Assembly: GCF_963921235.1 (NCBI RefSeq)
Contig: NC_086097.1
Coordinates: 96,970,001-97,034,000 of the forward strand
Origin: Mobula hypostoma
Taxonomy: Eukaryota
Direction of reading: 5' to 3'
DNA: 64,000 bases
Below the pieces are notes generated by a model, which did not search any database, was not told the origin of the DNA, and was given only the letters and a program-made list of their open reading frames with translations. The position numbers and the translations under genes are program-made. This document shows positions 1 through 13,325 of this stretch, piece by piece. Positions within the stretch are counted from its first letter, which is position 1. The number at the start of each line of letters is the position of its first letter.

Positions 1-2470
1 TATCAATTACATACTTAGGAAAAGGATGTGCTCCTGAAGAGAAAATATGAAGAGTTCGTAAGGAAATTAAGCAGCAGGACCTCAAGGCTAGCAATCTCTA
101 GAAGGGTGCCTGTGCAACGCCCCAATAAGGGTAAGAATTAGGATTAGTATGAATAGGTTTAGAGGGGCAGAATTTGTTATGTGGGTCCAGAAAGGACTTG
201 TGATAGTTCGTAGACAGGCTGACTCAGGGAGAGGCCATATTGGATCTAGTGTTTGACAATGAACTAGTCAGGTGAAAGGTCTCATGGGAATAGAGACCAC
301 GGCTCCCTTACCTTTAGGATAACCATGGACACAGATAGCAACAGATAACATAGTAAAGTACTTAAGTACTTAAAGTACTAAATACGACGGTAGTAGCCAG
401 GTAACTGAGAACAGATGTTCTCAGAGAAACACAAAACAGTGGTTGTTTAGGAAGCACTTGTATAAGGTTCTAGATGGGCTTGTTCCACTGTGACAGGGAA
501 AGGATGGTAGAGTAAAGCAACCATGGTTGACAAAGGAGGTGGAATCTATAGTGAGGATGAAGAAGGAAGCATTGTTCAGATATAGGAAGTAAATATCAAA
601 CAGTACCCTTGAGAATTGTAAGGTGGCCAGGAAGGAACTTAAGAATGGACTTAGGAGAGCTAGAAGTGGACATGAAAAAGCCTTGCAAAGTAAGGGTAAG
701 TAAAATCCCAACGCATTCCACACATATGTAAAGAACAGGAGGTTGACTAGAGTGGTCAAGAATGTGTCTAGAGTTGGAGGAGGTAGGAGGAGGACCTTAA
801 TGAATATTTGTCTTCAGTGTTCACCAGGGAGAGGGATTTTAATGAAGGTGATGTCAGTGTAGAAAAGGCTAATGTGCTGAAGCATTTTGAGGTTAAGAAA
901 GAGGCTTCTGAAAAACATTAGGATAAAACTTCTGAAAAACATAAGTCCCTGGGGCCAGATAGGATATACCCCAGGTTACTGCAGGAAGTGAGAGAAGAGA
1001 TTATTGGGGCATAGATGATGATCTTTACATCCTTCATGAGCACAGGACTGGTAGCAGAGGACTGGAGGATGGCAAATGGTGTTCTGTTGTTCAAGAAAGG
1101 TGATAAGGGCAATCATGGGTGTTATAGACCAGTGAGTTTTATGTCAGTGGTGGGCAATCTATTGGAGAGGGTTCTTGAGGACACCACTTGGAGAGGCATA
1201 GTCTTATGAGAGACAGTCAGCAAGGCTTTGTGAGGTGCAGGTCATGCTTCATGAGCCTAAATGAGTTTTTCATGGAGATGAAGGTAGAATGGTGGGTGAG
1301 GTTACTTGGATTTTAGTAAGGCATTTGGCAAGGTTTTCAATGGTAGGCTCAGCCAGAAAGTCATGAGGCATAGGATCCATCTAAGTTTGGATGCATAGAC
1401 TCCAAATTGGCTTGCTCACAGAACGCAGAGGGCGGCAGTAGATGGAGCACTTTGCCCAAATGTCAGTGACTAGTGGTGTTCCACAGGAATCTATTCTGGC
1501 AGCCCTGCTCTTTGTGTCTTTTATAAATTACTTGCCTGAGAAAATGGAGGAGTAGATCAGTAAGTTTGCATGTGACAAGAAGGTTGAAGGTGTAGTGGAT
1601 AGTGTTTTTGTAGATTCCAACAGGGTATAGACAGAATGCAGAGCTCGAATGAGAAGTGGCAGATGAGGTTCAATTTGGAAATGTGTGAAGTCATTCATTT
1701 TGGAAGATCGAACTTGAAAGTGAAGTACAATATTATTGGCAGAATTCATAGCAGTGTGAAGGAATGGGGGATCTTAGTATCCAAGTTCATAGATCCCTTA
1801 AAGTTGCTGTGGAAGTTGATAGGATGGTTAAGAAGGTACACTTGGTATGCTGGCCTTCATTAGTTGGGGAACTGAGTTTAAGAGTAACAAAATAATGTTG
1901 CAGCTCTATAAAACTCTACTTACACCAAACTGATCAACAGTAATCTGTTCCTTTCTGGCTACCTCTTTATAGGAAGGATGTAAAAGCTTTAGAGAGGCTG
2001 CAGAGGAGATTTACCTGGATGCTGCCTGGATTTAAGCACATGTCTTATGAGGAAAGTTTGAGTGAGATGGGGTTTTTCTTTTGAAGTGACAGAAGATAAA
2101 AGGTTACTTGCTAGATGTGGATAAGATTATGAGAGGCATACTTAGAGTGGGCAGCTGCCATCTTTTTCCTGGGGTGGCAATGGCCAATACCAGAGGATAT
2201 CTGCTTAAGGCCAGTGGAGAAAAGTTTAGGGGAGATGTCAGAGGCAGATATTTTACACAGAGAGTAGTAGGTGCCTGGAATGCATTGCTGGGGGTAGTGG
2301 GGGAGGCTGATACAATAGGGACTTCTACAAGTCTCCCTGATAGGCACATGAATGTAAGAAAAACAGGGGGCTATGGGCTGCGCAGAAGGGAAGACTTAGA
2401 TTGATTATGGAGTAAGTTTACTTTGGCTGGCACAACATCATCGGCCTGAGGGCCCAAAATATGCTTTACT
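1..2470 (+). mobile_element. degenerate CR1-clade LINE (ORF2 endonuclease/RT remnants and 3' UTR)
   Basis: Broken ORFs with EDWRMANGVLLFKKG...YRPVS, WQMRFNLEMCEVIHFG and RYFTQRVVGAWNAL, collinear with the intact CR1 at 17-19.7 kb. Confidence 0.9.
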
Positions 2471-2474
2471 GATC

Positions 2475-3250
2475 TCTGCTCCATGGTCTATTGCAGGGAG
2501 AGGTGTACCTGTGATGAAGCTGATTGAGTCTATAACTCTCTGCAGCCTCTTGAAATCCTGTGCATTAGAGACTCCATCCCAGGCTGTGATGCAACCAGTA
2601 TCAGCTCTCCACTGCACATTGATAGAAAATTCCATACCAAATCTCCTCAAACTCCTAAGAACATGGAACTGCTGGAGTGTCTTCTTCATGATTGCTTCAA
2701 AGTGTCGGGCCCAGGACAGATTCTCGGAGATGTTGAGACCCACGAACTTGAAGTTGTTCATCCTTTCCGTGAATGGTCCCTCAATAAGGACAAGTGTGTG
2801 TTCTCCTGACTTCTCCTTCCTGAAGTCCACAATCAATTCCTTGGTCTTGCTAACAGTGGGCGCAAGATTGTTGCAGTGACACTACTCAACCAGCTAATCT
2901 ATCTCACTCCTGTTCACCTCATCGCCATCTGCGATTTTATTAACAATAACGGTATCGTCAGCAGCTTTATGGATGGCATTGGAGCTATGCTTAGCCATGC
3001 AGTAATATGTGTAGAGAGCAGAGCAGTGGGCTAAGCACACATCCTTGAGGTGCGCCTGTGTTGAATGTCAGTGAGGAGGAGATGTTATCATTGATCTATA
3101 CTGACTGTGGTCCCCTGATGAGGAAGTTGAGGATCTCAGTTGCACAGGGAGGTACAGAGGCCCATGTTTAGAAGCGTGGTGATTAATAACGAGCTAGATT
3201 GGTGGTGTTAAATGTAGGCTGCAATCAATAAACAGCAGACTGACGTGTGT
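2475..3250 (-). mobile_element. degenerate Rex1/Babar-type LINE RT fragment
   Basis: MIVDFRK...FKFVGLNISENLSW...KKTLQQFHVLRSLRRFG, typical of the Rex1 RT C-terminal region. Confidence 0.8.
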
Positions 3251-3404
3251 TTGCGATGAGCATAGATGGCAATCTAATCTTCAATTATGAAGCCATTAGG
3301 AATCTCCATCAGATGAATCTACACACTTTGGATCTTGACATGGGCTTTTGATTCTGGATGAAATGCTTCATTGTCACGCTGTCTTCCTGGTTAGGATCCC
3401 ACCA

Positions 3405-3720
3405 TAGTCACAGTACGTAGCAGTTGGTGTACCTCTAACTGCCAGCAACCTGAGCTCTATTCCGATGCTATCTGTAAGGAGTTTGTCTGTTCTCTCTGTG
3501 ACTGCATTGACTTCCTTCCGGTGCTCCACACTCCTCCCACGTTCCAAAGATGTGCGTTAGTTTAGTGAGCAGTGGGCTTGGTGTGTTGGTGCTGGAAGCT
3601 GGATGACACTTGCAGTCTGCCCAGCACAATCCTCACTGACTTGATCTGACACAGAATGACGCACTTCACTGTACATTTCAATATCTTTATGTACACGTGA
3701 CATAAAGCTAATATTTCTTT
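3405..3720 (+). mobile_element. tRNA-derived V-SINE (HE1-like), degenerate
   Basis: V-domain-like stretch ctgtaaggagtttg...ttctc...ccggtgctcc...ctcccacgttccaaagatgt. Confidence 0.65.
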
Positions 3721-4279
3721 GAAAACCTGGTGCCAGCAGTCACTGCCAAGTCAGCCAGTGAGTACTGACAAGACCTCTGTTTGGGAAAGGTTTGGGCCTC
3801 TCACTAGGAGAGCCCAAGCAATTTACACCCTCAATAGCAAAGTGACCTCTCTAAATCTTACTTGGTAAATAGAACAACAAGTTGCTGCCATTCACCACAG
3901 AAACCTCAATGGTCTGTAAGTCCAACCATCCTACACCAATCAGTAAAGAGAGATATTCAGCTGGGCATTCCTGATTATGGTGTCGGTCGCTATAGTCAGT
4001 ATCCTTTTAATGTAGCCTCATCTTTGAGGTACCTTTTGAGAAAATATCTTTCAATTCATTACTTGCAAATCCACTATTGCAAAGCAATTCATTTTTGGAC
4101 ACATTGAGCTCGTCCAGAACTCACCTTCCCCTATTTCGACTTGCATCATCTTCCACATTCACCACTGTGACCATCCTCACAAAGTTACAGTTCTCTTGTC
4201 TGGCAACCTGCGATGTTTAACTTCTGTCCAATTCCTTCACGTACTCTCATCTGCCTACTGTCTAAACCCCTTTTACAAT

Positions 4280-4770
4280 CCTCCAGGATCTGTGTGTTCC
4301 AGTCATTCCATTCCAATCACCAACTTGCAGTATTTCACCAGCCCAGTCCACCAAGTAGACCTGCCTCTCCTCCAGTAACTCTGTCTGTACTTCCCACTGC
4401 CTCAGAAAGGAAGCCAACATTATCAAGGACCACTCCAGCCTGGTCATTCTCTTCTCCTCTCTCCCTTCAGAAAGAAGATACAAAAAACACTTAGAGGATG
4501 AACCACCAGACTCAAGCAGTTTCTACTTCACTCTTATCAGAAACTTGAATAGACCTCTCATACATTAAAAGTTGAATTCTTGATCTCCCAATCTACTTGG
4601 TTGTGGCCCTTGCACTCCCTGCACTGCACTTCTCTGTAACTGCAGCACTAGATTCTGCGTTCTTTTTACTGTCTCGATGTAATTATGAATGGTGTAATGT
4701 CTGAATGGCATGCAAATAAAAGGTTTTCACTGTATCTCAATACAGTATAAGTTACAAAAATAAACAACAT
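4280..4770 (+). mobile_element. Rex1-type LINE 3' end fragment
   Basis: Motif aggaagccaacattatcaaggacc...caccagactcaag followed by a 3' UTR ending ttttcactgtatct; similar to 43330-43910. Confidence 0.6.
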
Positions 4771-4869
4771 CAATACTATTGAGACCTGTGGCTTTTACTG
4801 GCAGTGCACTATGCTCTGGAGTTTCATTCTAGTATCTCACTGCCCACTCTACCTTTCTGTCCTTTAAAT

Positions 4870-5170
4870 ATACACAATGTGCTACAGGAGCTCAGCAGGT
4901 CAGGCAGCATCTATAGATGAGAATAATCAGTCAACGTTACAGGCTGAGACCCTTCAGAAGGACTGAAAAGGAAAGGAGAAGAACTCATAATGGTGGCGGG
5001 GGGGGGAGGAAGAAATACAAGGTGGCAGGTGATGGGTGAAACTGGGAGAGGGGCAGGCGGTAAAGAAAAAAGGTAGGAAGTTGATTAGTGCCTGACCTGC
5101 TGAGCTCCTCCTATACATTGTGTGCATTGCCCTAGATTTCTAGTACCTGTAGTACCTCTTGTATCTCCTT
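4870..5170. mobile_element. Penelope-like pLTR remnant with inverted terminal segment
   Basis: ggagctcagcaggtcaggca (about 4888) is inverted against tgcctgacctgctgagctcc (about 5089); degenerate hammerhead segment at about 4928-4965. Confidence 0.65.
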
Positions 5171-5419
5171 TAAAAAACAACTTGTAATCTTTTTGACTCA
5201 ACATTATCATCTGTTTTCAAATCTCATAGGGTGGCCTAGAGTCAAATATTGTCAACAAAAGTTCTTCCTCTCCGTATTTCCAGATTTCATTACAACACAG
5301 AAGGCTGTCATCTTGGCCAAAAGTTGAACTGGTTGACAGAACTGTCCCACACCCTCAAATAATTTCCCCAAGGCTATTTTTTCTTACAGTCCATCAGCTC
5401 CTCCCAGATTCTACCGCTT

Positions 5420-5605
5420 ACATAAACACAAAGACAATTTACAGCCAACACACCAACCAGCGCACCTTTGAGACGTGGGAGAAAATAGGAGATACAGTGA
5501 ATGCAGGGAGAACATGCAGACTCCACAGTGGAGGTCAGGATTGAGCCCAGATCTCTGGAGCTGTGTAGCAGCATTTCTAACAGCAGTGCCACTGTGCTAA
5601 TTCCA
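5420..5605 (-). mobile_element. V-SINE fragment
   Basis: Reverse complement of the V-domain and tRNA head (gggagaacatgcagactccaca...caggattgagccc). Confidence 0.6.
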
Positions 5606-7662
5606 GTGACAGGCCTTAAGCATCATCATAAAGTCAAACTGAGCTTTGTAATACCTTTTCAAAATAAGTTATGGTTCACCTTTAATAAAGGGCACTCAAT
5701 CTGAAACATGAACTCTATTCTCTCTCTGCAGATGCTACCTGACCTGCAGAATGTTTCCAGCGTTTTCTTTTTTTATTTCAGTCACTCTTGCAAGCCAGGA
5801 AAAGCAGCAGCTAATTTGCACGCCATGTGATTGCATAAACAGTAACTCGATAAGCTCAGAGTTGCTCATTTAATTAAATTGGTTGAAGGTTAAGTATTAG
5901 GCAGATCAACAACACTCCCACAGCTTCTTTAAAATAGAGATGTGTTGAGATGTGTTCTGTCTACTTAAGACCCTCCTGTAGCACCACACTCCCAATTTTA
6001 AAAAGTTTTAGCTACAGACATTGATGTAGGTTTATTATTGTCAGATGTGCAAAGAAAAGATTTGTTTTGGGAGCTATTTGTACATAATAATTCTGTACTA
6101 AAGAAAGCAGAATGCAGAACATAGTGCTACAGTTAAGAGAAAATGGAATGCAGGTAGACAAAGTGCAAGGGTTATGATGAAGCAGGAGGAGAGATTACAA
6201 GTTCGAAAGTTTGTATGAGAAGTCTGTTCAACAGTCTGAGAACAGTGGGATAGAAGCTATCCTTGATGATGCATGCTCTCAACGTTTGTATTTTCAGCCT
6301 GATTGGGGGCGGGAACTGAGAATGACCGGGTGAGAGAGGTCACCAGCTGTTCTCCTCAGCAGTGCTCTGGAATGTCACCTTGAATTTTATGCCAGATCCT
6401 CTGCTGAGATACTGTACATACATCTCCAACAGAAAATTGAAAGTGTTGGCAAGTGAGCCATGGCTTAGATATCAGTCAGAACTCAGAGTTGGCAGGTGAA
6501 AATTTGTCAGTGCATACAGGAACGACATACAAAACAAATGTTTTACATTTGTTTTTAATTTATAGAAATTCATGAATTTCCATAAGTTCATGATCCTGGA
6601 TCAGTCCAGTCGGTAGCAATGTATCATTCTTTAACACTCACAATATATATTTAATGAATGAAAATCAATAAACTGCCAGCTCTGACCAAAATGTAAACTG
6701 TTTCCCTCCCCACAAATGTAGTCCAATCTGTTGAGTGTTTGCAGCTGTTTTTTCATATATTTTAAAATATTTTCTACTTTGTATGCACAATAGTGAATGC
6801 ATGGGTGAAATACTCCTTTGCATGAACTTCTACAGACAGGGTCACGTCACTCAACCGGTGAAATCAGAGGACTATGGATCTGTGACACAGAATTTTTAAA
6901 GTTCTGTACATGTTGCCGACAGGGAGCTTGTCCACTGGAATATTTCATTCTTACTTTGCACAATGAAGGCAGAGTGTACTTGTTAAAAGAAGGCCATCTT
7001 TGGTAGTTGGCATTGATGAGTGGAAATTACCACTGGCCACCTCTAACCCTGACGGCAGCGATCTGCCAGCCCAACGTCTCACACAGACTGGCTGCAGTAG
7101 AAAGATTTCCATCTAGGCTGAGAAGCGCCAGGTAGAGCTGGGGTGGGGGGGGGCAGAGGGAATGCGGCACTTTGCTGATTATTGCTCTCAGATCCTGGCT
7201 GCTGAGCAGGAATCTCTTCAGTGATCTCCCAGGGATGGTTTAGGCAAGCTTCAATAATTTATCACCCACTATGTGTTGCTTCAGCATTCCCCAGCCATCT
7301 GTTTGTGACTCTCTAACACCCTGCAGTAGGCCGTGCCAGTCATTTCTCTCACAATTACTCCCTTTGCTTCCATACACTTCTGTCAGCTGGCACACAATAC
7401 CAACATTATTTCACACTGATACATACAGCTCCTAAGCTCCCACAACTCTTTCATATCTTTTGTTCCTTTTCAACTCTTTTCCGGCCTCACTTTACTACTG
7501 CTGAAACCCCACTCTGTGTCTTTCAAAAGCTACATACTTCATTAGCTCATTCAAATCTCTGCTGAACCTCTACAAACTTGGGCCAAGTAAATGCCCCTGT
7601 CACTCTATACTCACTCACTAACATTAGCTCATGTATTGTATTTAATATTTCAGTAATATTGT

Positions 7663-7968
7663 GCTGTGGCCAAGTGGTTAAGGTGTTTGTCTAGTGATTT
7701 GAAGGTCGCTAGCTCGAGCCTTGGCTGAGGCAACGTGTTGTGACCTTGAGCAAGGCACTTAACCACATTTGCTCTGCGATGACACTGGTGCCAAGCTGTG
7801 TGGGTGCTAATGCCCTTCCCTTGGACAACATTGGTGTTGTGGAGAGGGGAGACCTGCAGCGTGGGCAACTGCTGGTCTTCCATACAACCTTGCCCAGGCC
7901 TGCGCCCTGGAAACCTTCCAAGCTGCAAATCCATGGTCTCATGAGACTAATGGATGCCTATATATAAA
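7663..7968 (+). mobile_element. tRNA-derived CORE-type SINE with RTE-like tail, 8-bp TSD AATATTGT
   Basis: A box tggccaagtgg, B-like box gctcgagcc, CORE-like tgtgaccttgagcaaggcacttaacc; AATATTGT at 7655-7662 and 7969-7976. Confidence 0.8.
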
Positions 7969-8139
7969 AATATTGTAAATATATTGTTTCATTAAGCATT
8001 CTTTGTTTGTTTACATAATTCATTACGTATATTATATATGTAAGTAGTACGTGAATGGTAGATGTCATTATGCCACCATATGTGAGTGCCTCACTAAAGT
8101 AAAAAAAAACTAAAGCGACACGTTTCGTGGCTCCTATGT

Positions 8140-8610
8140 CTCTCCTGTACCTGTTAAAAAGAAAGTTAAAGATAACAAGTGTAGGGAACCTTGGTCTTCA
8201 AGAGATATTGAGGCCCTGGTTAAGGAAAAAAGTGAGGTGCATTGCAGTTATAGGCAGGTAGCAACAAATGAGGTACTTACGGAGTATAAGATATGCAAGA
8301 GAGCCCTTAAGAAAGAAATCGGAGAGGGTTGTTAGGTGGGGAGATAAAAGAAGGCATGAGTTTGCCCTAGCAGACAAGGTAAAGGAGAATCTTAAGGGAT
8401 TCTACAGATATGTTGAGAGCAAAAGGATTGCAAAGGACAAAATTGGTCCTCTGTAAGATCAGAATGGTAATCTATGCATGGAGCCAAAAGAGATGGGAAA
8501 GGTCTTAAATGGATTTTTTTGCATCTGTATTTACTTGGGAGATGGACGCAGAGTTGGTAGAAGTGAGGCAAAGCAGCAGTGAGGTCATTGACCCTATACA
8601 GATGACAAGT
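8140..8610 (+). mobile_element. CR1 LINE internal fragment
   Basis: KRRHEFALADKVKENLKGFYRYV...IGPL and FFASVFT, homologous to the CR1 ORF2 linker. Confidence 0.75.
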
Positions 8611-9294
8611 CAAGTTGCAGTTTCAAAAAGTGCCCTAATCTGCAAGTTGTTGATGAAAAACCTGATAATGATGAGAGTGGTACAGCACTGAGATTTACAA
8701 TGTGAAAACTAACACGAGAACATCAATATGGCTCACACCAGAAGTGAACAGCAAATTAATTTTGACGGCCTGCTATCTGGAAGATCTCAGACTTTGATCA
8801 TTCCAGTATGCGTACCCTTTTATTCAGCTGCTTAAGTTTTTATCTCTGAGTTCCACCCTAAGCACCTCCTCCATGATCTAAAATAATAGCTCATTATGTG
8901 ACTCAGTGTTAATATCCTGCTGTGAAGGGATGTTTTAATATATTAAGCACATTTTTTACAGAAGAATATGTAAACAGTGGGGTTTCTCTATTTTGCCCTT
9001 TGTGCCTGCCCTGTCATTCATTTAGATTATGGTTGATTTTAATTACTGAGTCATACAACATAGAAACAGGTCTTTTGGCTTATTGTGTCCATGTAAACCA
9101 TCTATTCTAGACCCATTTAGTTCATAGCCTTCTATTCCTTTGGAGTTCAAGTGCTGATATGGACACTTCTGAAATAAATCTTTTGCCTCATTGTCACTTT
9201 CCTGGAACAATATTCAAAATCAATTTCTCTTTTGAATATACTCGGCAACAATGTCTCCTTAGTCCTCCAGGGTCAAATATTCCAAATATACTCA

Positions 9295-9685
9295 GAACTA
9301 AAGTAACTTTATTATCAGAGTACATATACTACCCTGTGATTTGTTTTCTCGCAGGCATTCCCAGTGAATCCAAGAACCATAATAGGACCAGATCTAACGG
9401 GGTGAACAAACAACCAAAGTGAAAAAGACAAACATCTGCGCAAATACAAAAAGAAATAATAATACTAAATAAATAAAACATTAGGTATCGAGAACATAAA
9501 GTGAATAGTCCTTGAAAGTGAGCCCATAGGTTGTGGGAGCATTTTAGTATTGGGGTGAGGTAAGTTTCCCCCTCTGATTCAAGAGCCTGATGGTAAAGTG
9601 ATAATAACTGTTCCTGGTGGTGTGAGTCCTGAGGCCCCTGAACCTTCTTCTTGTCGCAACAGGCAGAAGAGAGCATCGCCCAAAG
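9295..9685 (-). mobile_element. Rex1-type LINE 3' end
   Basis: RRFRGLRTHTTRNSYY...IRLLN C-terminus plus a 3' UTR shared with 55215-55600. Confidence 0.7.
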
Positions 9686-9772
9686 GTAAGAAAATTTCTT
9701 CTCAACTCTGATCTGAGTTGATGACCGCTCACTCTATCAGTCCGGGTAAATCTCATTCCAAGGTTTCACCTT

Positions 9773-10224
9773 TGTTGGATCTCTGTTTATTTTCTGATCC
9801 TGAGGGCTCTTCCAGGAGTCAGGAATAACAAGTAGTCTTAGTTTCAAGATTTCCATTTATTTTAGAGTGCAAACAAGCATACAGATACTAAGCACTCTAA
9901 GCAAAGAGCTGAGAAAGATGCTGAGGGGTGTAAGACAAAGGAATAAAGAAGCCAAGATGGCCCCTCTGAAAAATCAATCACTTTTCTAGATAAGGCAAGA
10001 GAATCTCCTCAGATAGAGACAAATTAGTTAATAGGGTACATAATTAAAACAATTACATCATGGCCAATGTACTAACACTTAGCCAATGAATAATGAGCAA
10101 GGTGATAAACTCTTAGTTTAGCTGCTATACTGCTTTCTACCAGTGAGTGTGAAAAGTACACGAGTTTGTTAAAAAGTACAAATCTTATAAAAAGTATTAT
10201 TTTAAAAAACAGTGCTTTTCACCA
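9773..10224 (-). mobile_element. solo LTR (ERV or Gypsy type), 452 bp
   Basis: TG...CA termini flanked by 4-bp direct repeats CCTT (9769-9772 and 10225-10228); internal AATAAA on the minus strand and two CCAAT boxes. Orientation is tentative. Confidence 0.6.
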
Positions 10225-10430
10225 CCTTCCAACCCTGGTGGGATATTTGCACATTTCAAAGAGACCTCCATTCATTCTCATAAACTCCACAGCCGCAGTT
10301 CAGCGATTCAATGGTTCAATTTAATATTAGAGAATATATATAGTATACAACCTGAAATTCTTACTCTTTACAGACATCCACATAACAGAAGAAAAACACA
10401 AAGACTGAGTGACAAAGAACATTAAAACCC

Positions 10431-10636
10431 CAAATCCATCCTCTCCCTCCCATGCACAAATCCATCCTCTCCCTCCCATGCACAAATCCATCCACTCCCT
10501 CCCATGCACAAATCAATTCTCCCCCTCCCATGCACAAATCCATCATCCCCCTCCCATGCACAAATCCATCCTCTCCCTCCCATGCACAAATCCATCCTCC
10601 CCTTCCCATGCACAAATCCATCCTCCCCTTCCCATG
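10431..10636. repeat. 26-bp minisatellite, about 8 copies (CCATGCACAAATCCATCCTCTCCCTC)
   Basis: Tandem units read directly; they explain the repetitive ORFs at 10327-10686. Confidence 0.95.
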
Positions 10637-10639
10637 CCT

Positions 10640-10777
10640 CTGATCTGGACCGGCATTTACGTGCTGGGCGGCACCTAATTAATTAGCTTGTTTATTTCAG
10701 CTTTTTTTCTTAAAAATGTTCTGGGTGCGTTCCGGCCACCGCTGTATTCTTTGCGGCCCAGAGGCTGGGGACCACTG
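10640..10777. mobile_element. half of a hAT-type MITE, same family as the one nested at 53561-53896
   Basis: Near-identical to 53750-53851; ends in the TIR-like ggctggggaccactg. Confidence 0.65.
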
Positions 10778-10789
10778 AATTATAAATCA

Positions 10790-11400
10790 CTTAGAGGTCA
10801 ATAGCATCATAACATTTTAAGTATTGTTTGGATATTAAACACACAGCGCATATTTTCCTCGTACGAACATATAAAATCATTGCAACACACCAATATCGCT
10901 GAATCAGTGGGAGCCCTGGGCTTGTTTTCCTGCAACAACATGGTCCTATCGAGGAGTGATGGGAGACAGCGATACTCAAAGGGGTTCCTTATGTCCAGTC
11001 TATTCCGCAATTTAGTTTTCGTTGCATTCATTGCAGAAAACTCCGCTTCACAGAAATATGTTGGAAATGGAAGCAACGTTTTCAGTGCTTTCGTAGCTAT
11101 CTCAGGATATTCAGCCTTGACTTTGATCCAGAATGCTGGCAGAGATGTTATGTCAAACATACATTTCAGCTCACCGTCATTTGCAAGCTCGAGGAGTTTT
11201 AGATTAGATTAGATTATGAGAATACTCAGTCCTCTTTTATTGTCATTTAGAAATGCATACATGTTGATGATCTTCTCACGCTGACATGGATGATTCACCG
11301 GGGACTTTCACAAATGGGTCACGGACCCACTCCTTTGCACATCTTGGGTCACTGATGACCTCGCGTGCGTTAAAATTGAACAGTACATGACAGGGAATGA
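10790..11400 (-). mobile_element. hAT (Buster/Charlie) transposase C-terminal fragment
   Basis: SLPAFWIKVKAEYPEIATKALKTLLPFPTYFCEAEFSAM...KTKLRNRL is the hAT dimerisation domain; it is interrupted by a short LINE tail (ttaga)n at about 11200. Confidence 0.85.
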
Positions 11401-13019
11401 GAAAAGGTGCAGTTGACTCATATCGTTTCATATTGCCAAATCATAATGGTTGGGGACCATCTTAGCACGAAGACCAATCAGGATGCTTGCTCTCCCTCTC
11501 CCTCTCCCTCTAAAAAAATCTATTTGCGGGATATTGTATATAATTTCCGGGCGTCAGGGAGCCACTATCGATATGCCGGAGACTCCCGAAACTTCCGGGA
11601 GAGGTGGGATATCTGCTCTTGTTCCCGCCCACATTCCACAGATGTACCAGTTAGTAGGTTAATTGGTCATTGTAAATCGTTCCATGATTAGGCTCGGGTT
11701 AAAAATCGGGGGCTGCTCGCAGTGCCGCTTGAAGGGCTAGAACGGCTTGTCCCACGCTGTATCTTCAAATAAAATAAAGACAATCGAATGACTGCCTACT
11801 CTTTCTGCCCTGCCCTTCAACCTTTATTTTGTTCACACATGGGGAACTATTGGGTCTAAGTACAACAGCTGAAAATTGTAGTCAGCTCTTCATGTTTTAA
11901 AATACAAGTTTGACCATCTTGGTATGAAAAGGAACCATAGCCATTTCAAGTGACCTCAATAGATATCTGGCAATCTTCCCCATACCACGTTTGACCATTC
12001 TGTTGAAAGGAGACTAGAATAAATACACAGTTTGTGCTAACGGTTTATATTACAATGAATATAATATGGGCTCTTGTCAAAAGTGTTTTTGACAAACAGC
12101 TGCGATCAGTCACCAAGTCTATTTACACCTCTTTATGTGAGCTGTCTCCCCTCTACTCTCTCAGTCCAGATTCAGGGTCCCAGCCCAAAGCATTGACTGC
12201 TCATTTCGAACCACAAATTTTGGCTGACTGACCTGCTGAGTTCCTCTAGGAGTTTGTTACTTGGCTGCAGTTTTACATCTGCATTACAATGATCCAGAAT
12301 TACATCTCTCAGCTTTAAGTGCAGAGAGGTAAAGGGACGGAATGCTGACGGCAATTTGGTGTTAGACTGAGAAAAGCAAGGGAGGATGGCTTGAACATAA
12401 AAACTTAAGAAAAAGAAGCATTGTGTCACCCCACTGTTCAATGTCACAGTTTATTGTTTACCTCAGTATTGCTCTGCAGGAGAAGAAAATTCATTCTCCT
12501 CTCTGCTGAATGGCTGATCCTTTACCTTGAATGTGTGACCCTAGTTCTAGACACCACAGGCTAGGTAACACTTCACTGCTAACCAGTTCCTCCTAGAAAA
12601 AGACTAGATGTTTGTCAACTTACTGTTACGAATTTTGTTTGACATTAAAGTGAGATTTATTAAGTTAATCTAAGAAGATACTTAATTATCAGTAATGCCA
12701 ACTGTGCTACCCTGAACCTCTATGGAACATTGTTTCCATCTACTCTTGCTGTTGTCTCTTGACCATAGCCTGCCTGTATGGAGATCCCAATCATCAACCC
12801 TCTGCAGTTACAGATATTGTGGAATTTGCATGGCTAATCACAAGTACTTTGCTCTGTATCTGCTCAATTATTCCTGCTTTTCCAAAGCTATATCCACACC
12901 CTATTGCCCAAGCCATTCTTCCTAACAGGATCCAAACTCACAAAGAATCCTCCATATCCTTTTGCCCAATTCTTATCATATGGTCTGTCTTGTTATTGTC
13001 CATCATCTTTCTTAAATAC

Positions 13020-13325
13020 AAATAAGCAGATTAGGAGAACATGCAAAGAAATGGCAAATTGAATACAGTCTCATAAAGTGTATGGTCATGCGTGTTTGTA
13101 GAAGAAATGAAAGAGTTGACTATTTTCTAAACGGACAGGAAATATAAAAATATGAGGTGCAACAGGATTTGGGAGTCCTTGTGCAGGATTCCCTGAAGGT
13201 TAACTTGCAGATTGAGTCTGTAGTGAGGAAGGCAAATGCAATGTTAGCATTTATTTCAAGAGGAATAGAATATAAAAGCAAGGATGTAACGTGAAACTTT
13301 ATAGCACACTGATGAGGCCTCACCA
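13020..13325 (+). mobile_element. CR1 LINE fragment
   Basis: Homologous to 18860-19150 (QRDLGV...KANAMLAFI region). Confidence 0.8.

Noticed and set aside
7663..7735. tRNA gene (also 38730-38804)
   Set aside because: The A/B boxes continue into SINE bodies with TSDs; these are SINE heads, not tRNA genes.
10431..10636. Regular 26-bp repeats as a CRISPR array or repeat-protein gene
   Set aside because: The units are head-to-tail with no unique spacers, there are no cas genes and the context is eukaryotic; this is a minisatellite, and its ORFs are artefacts.
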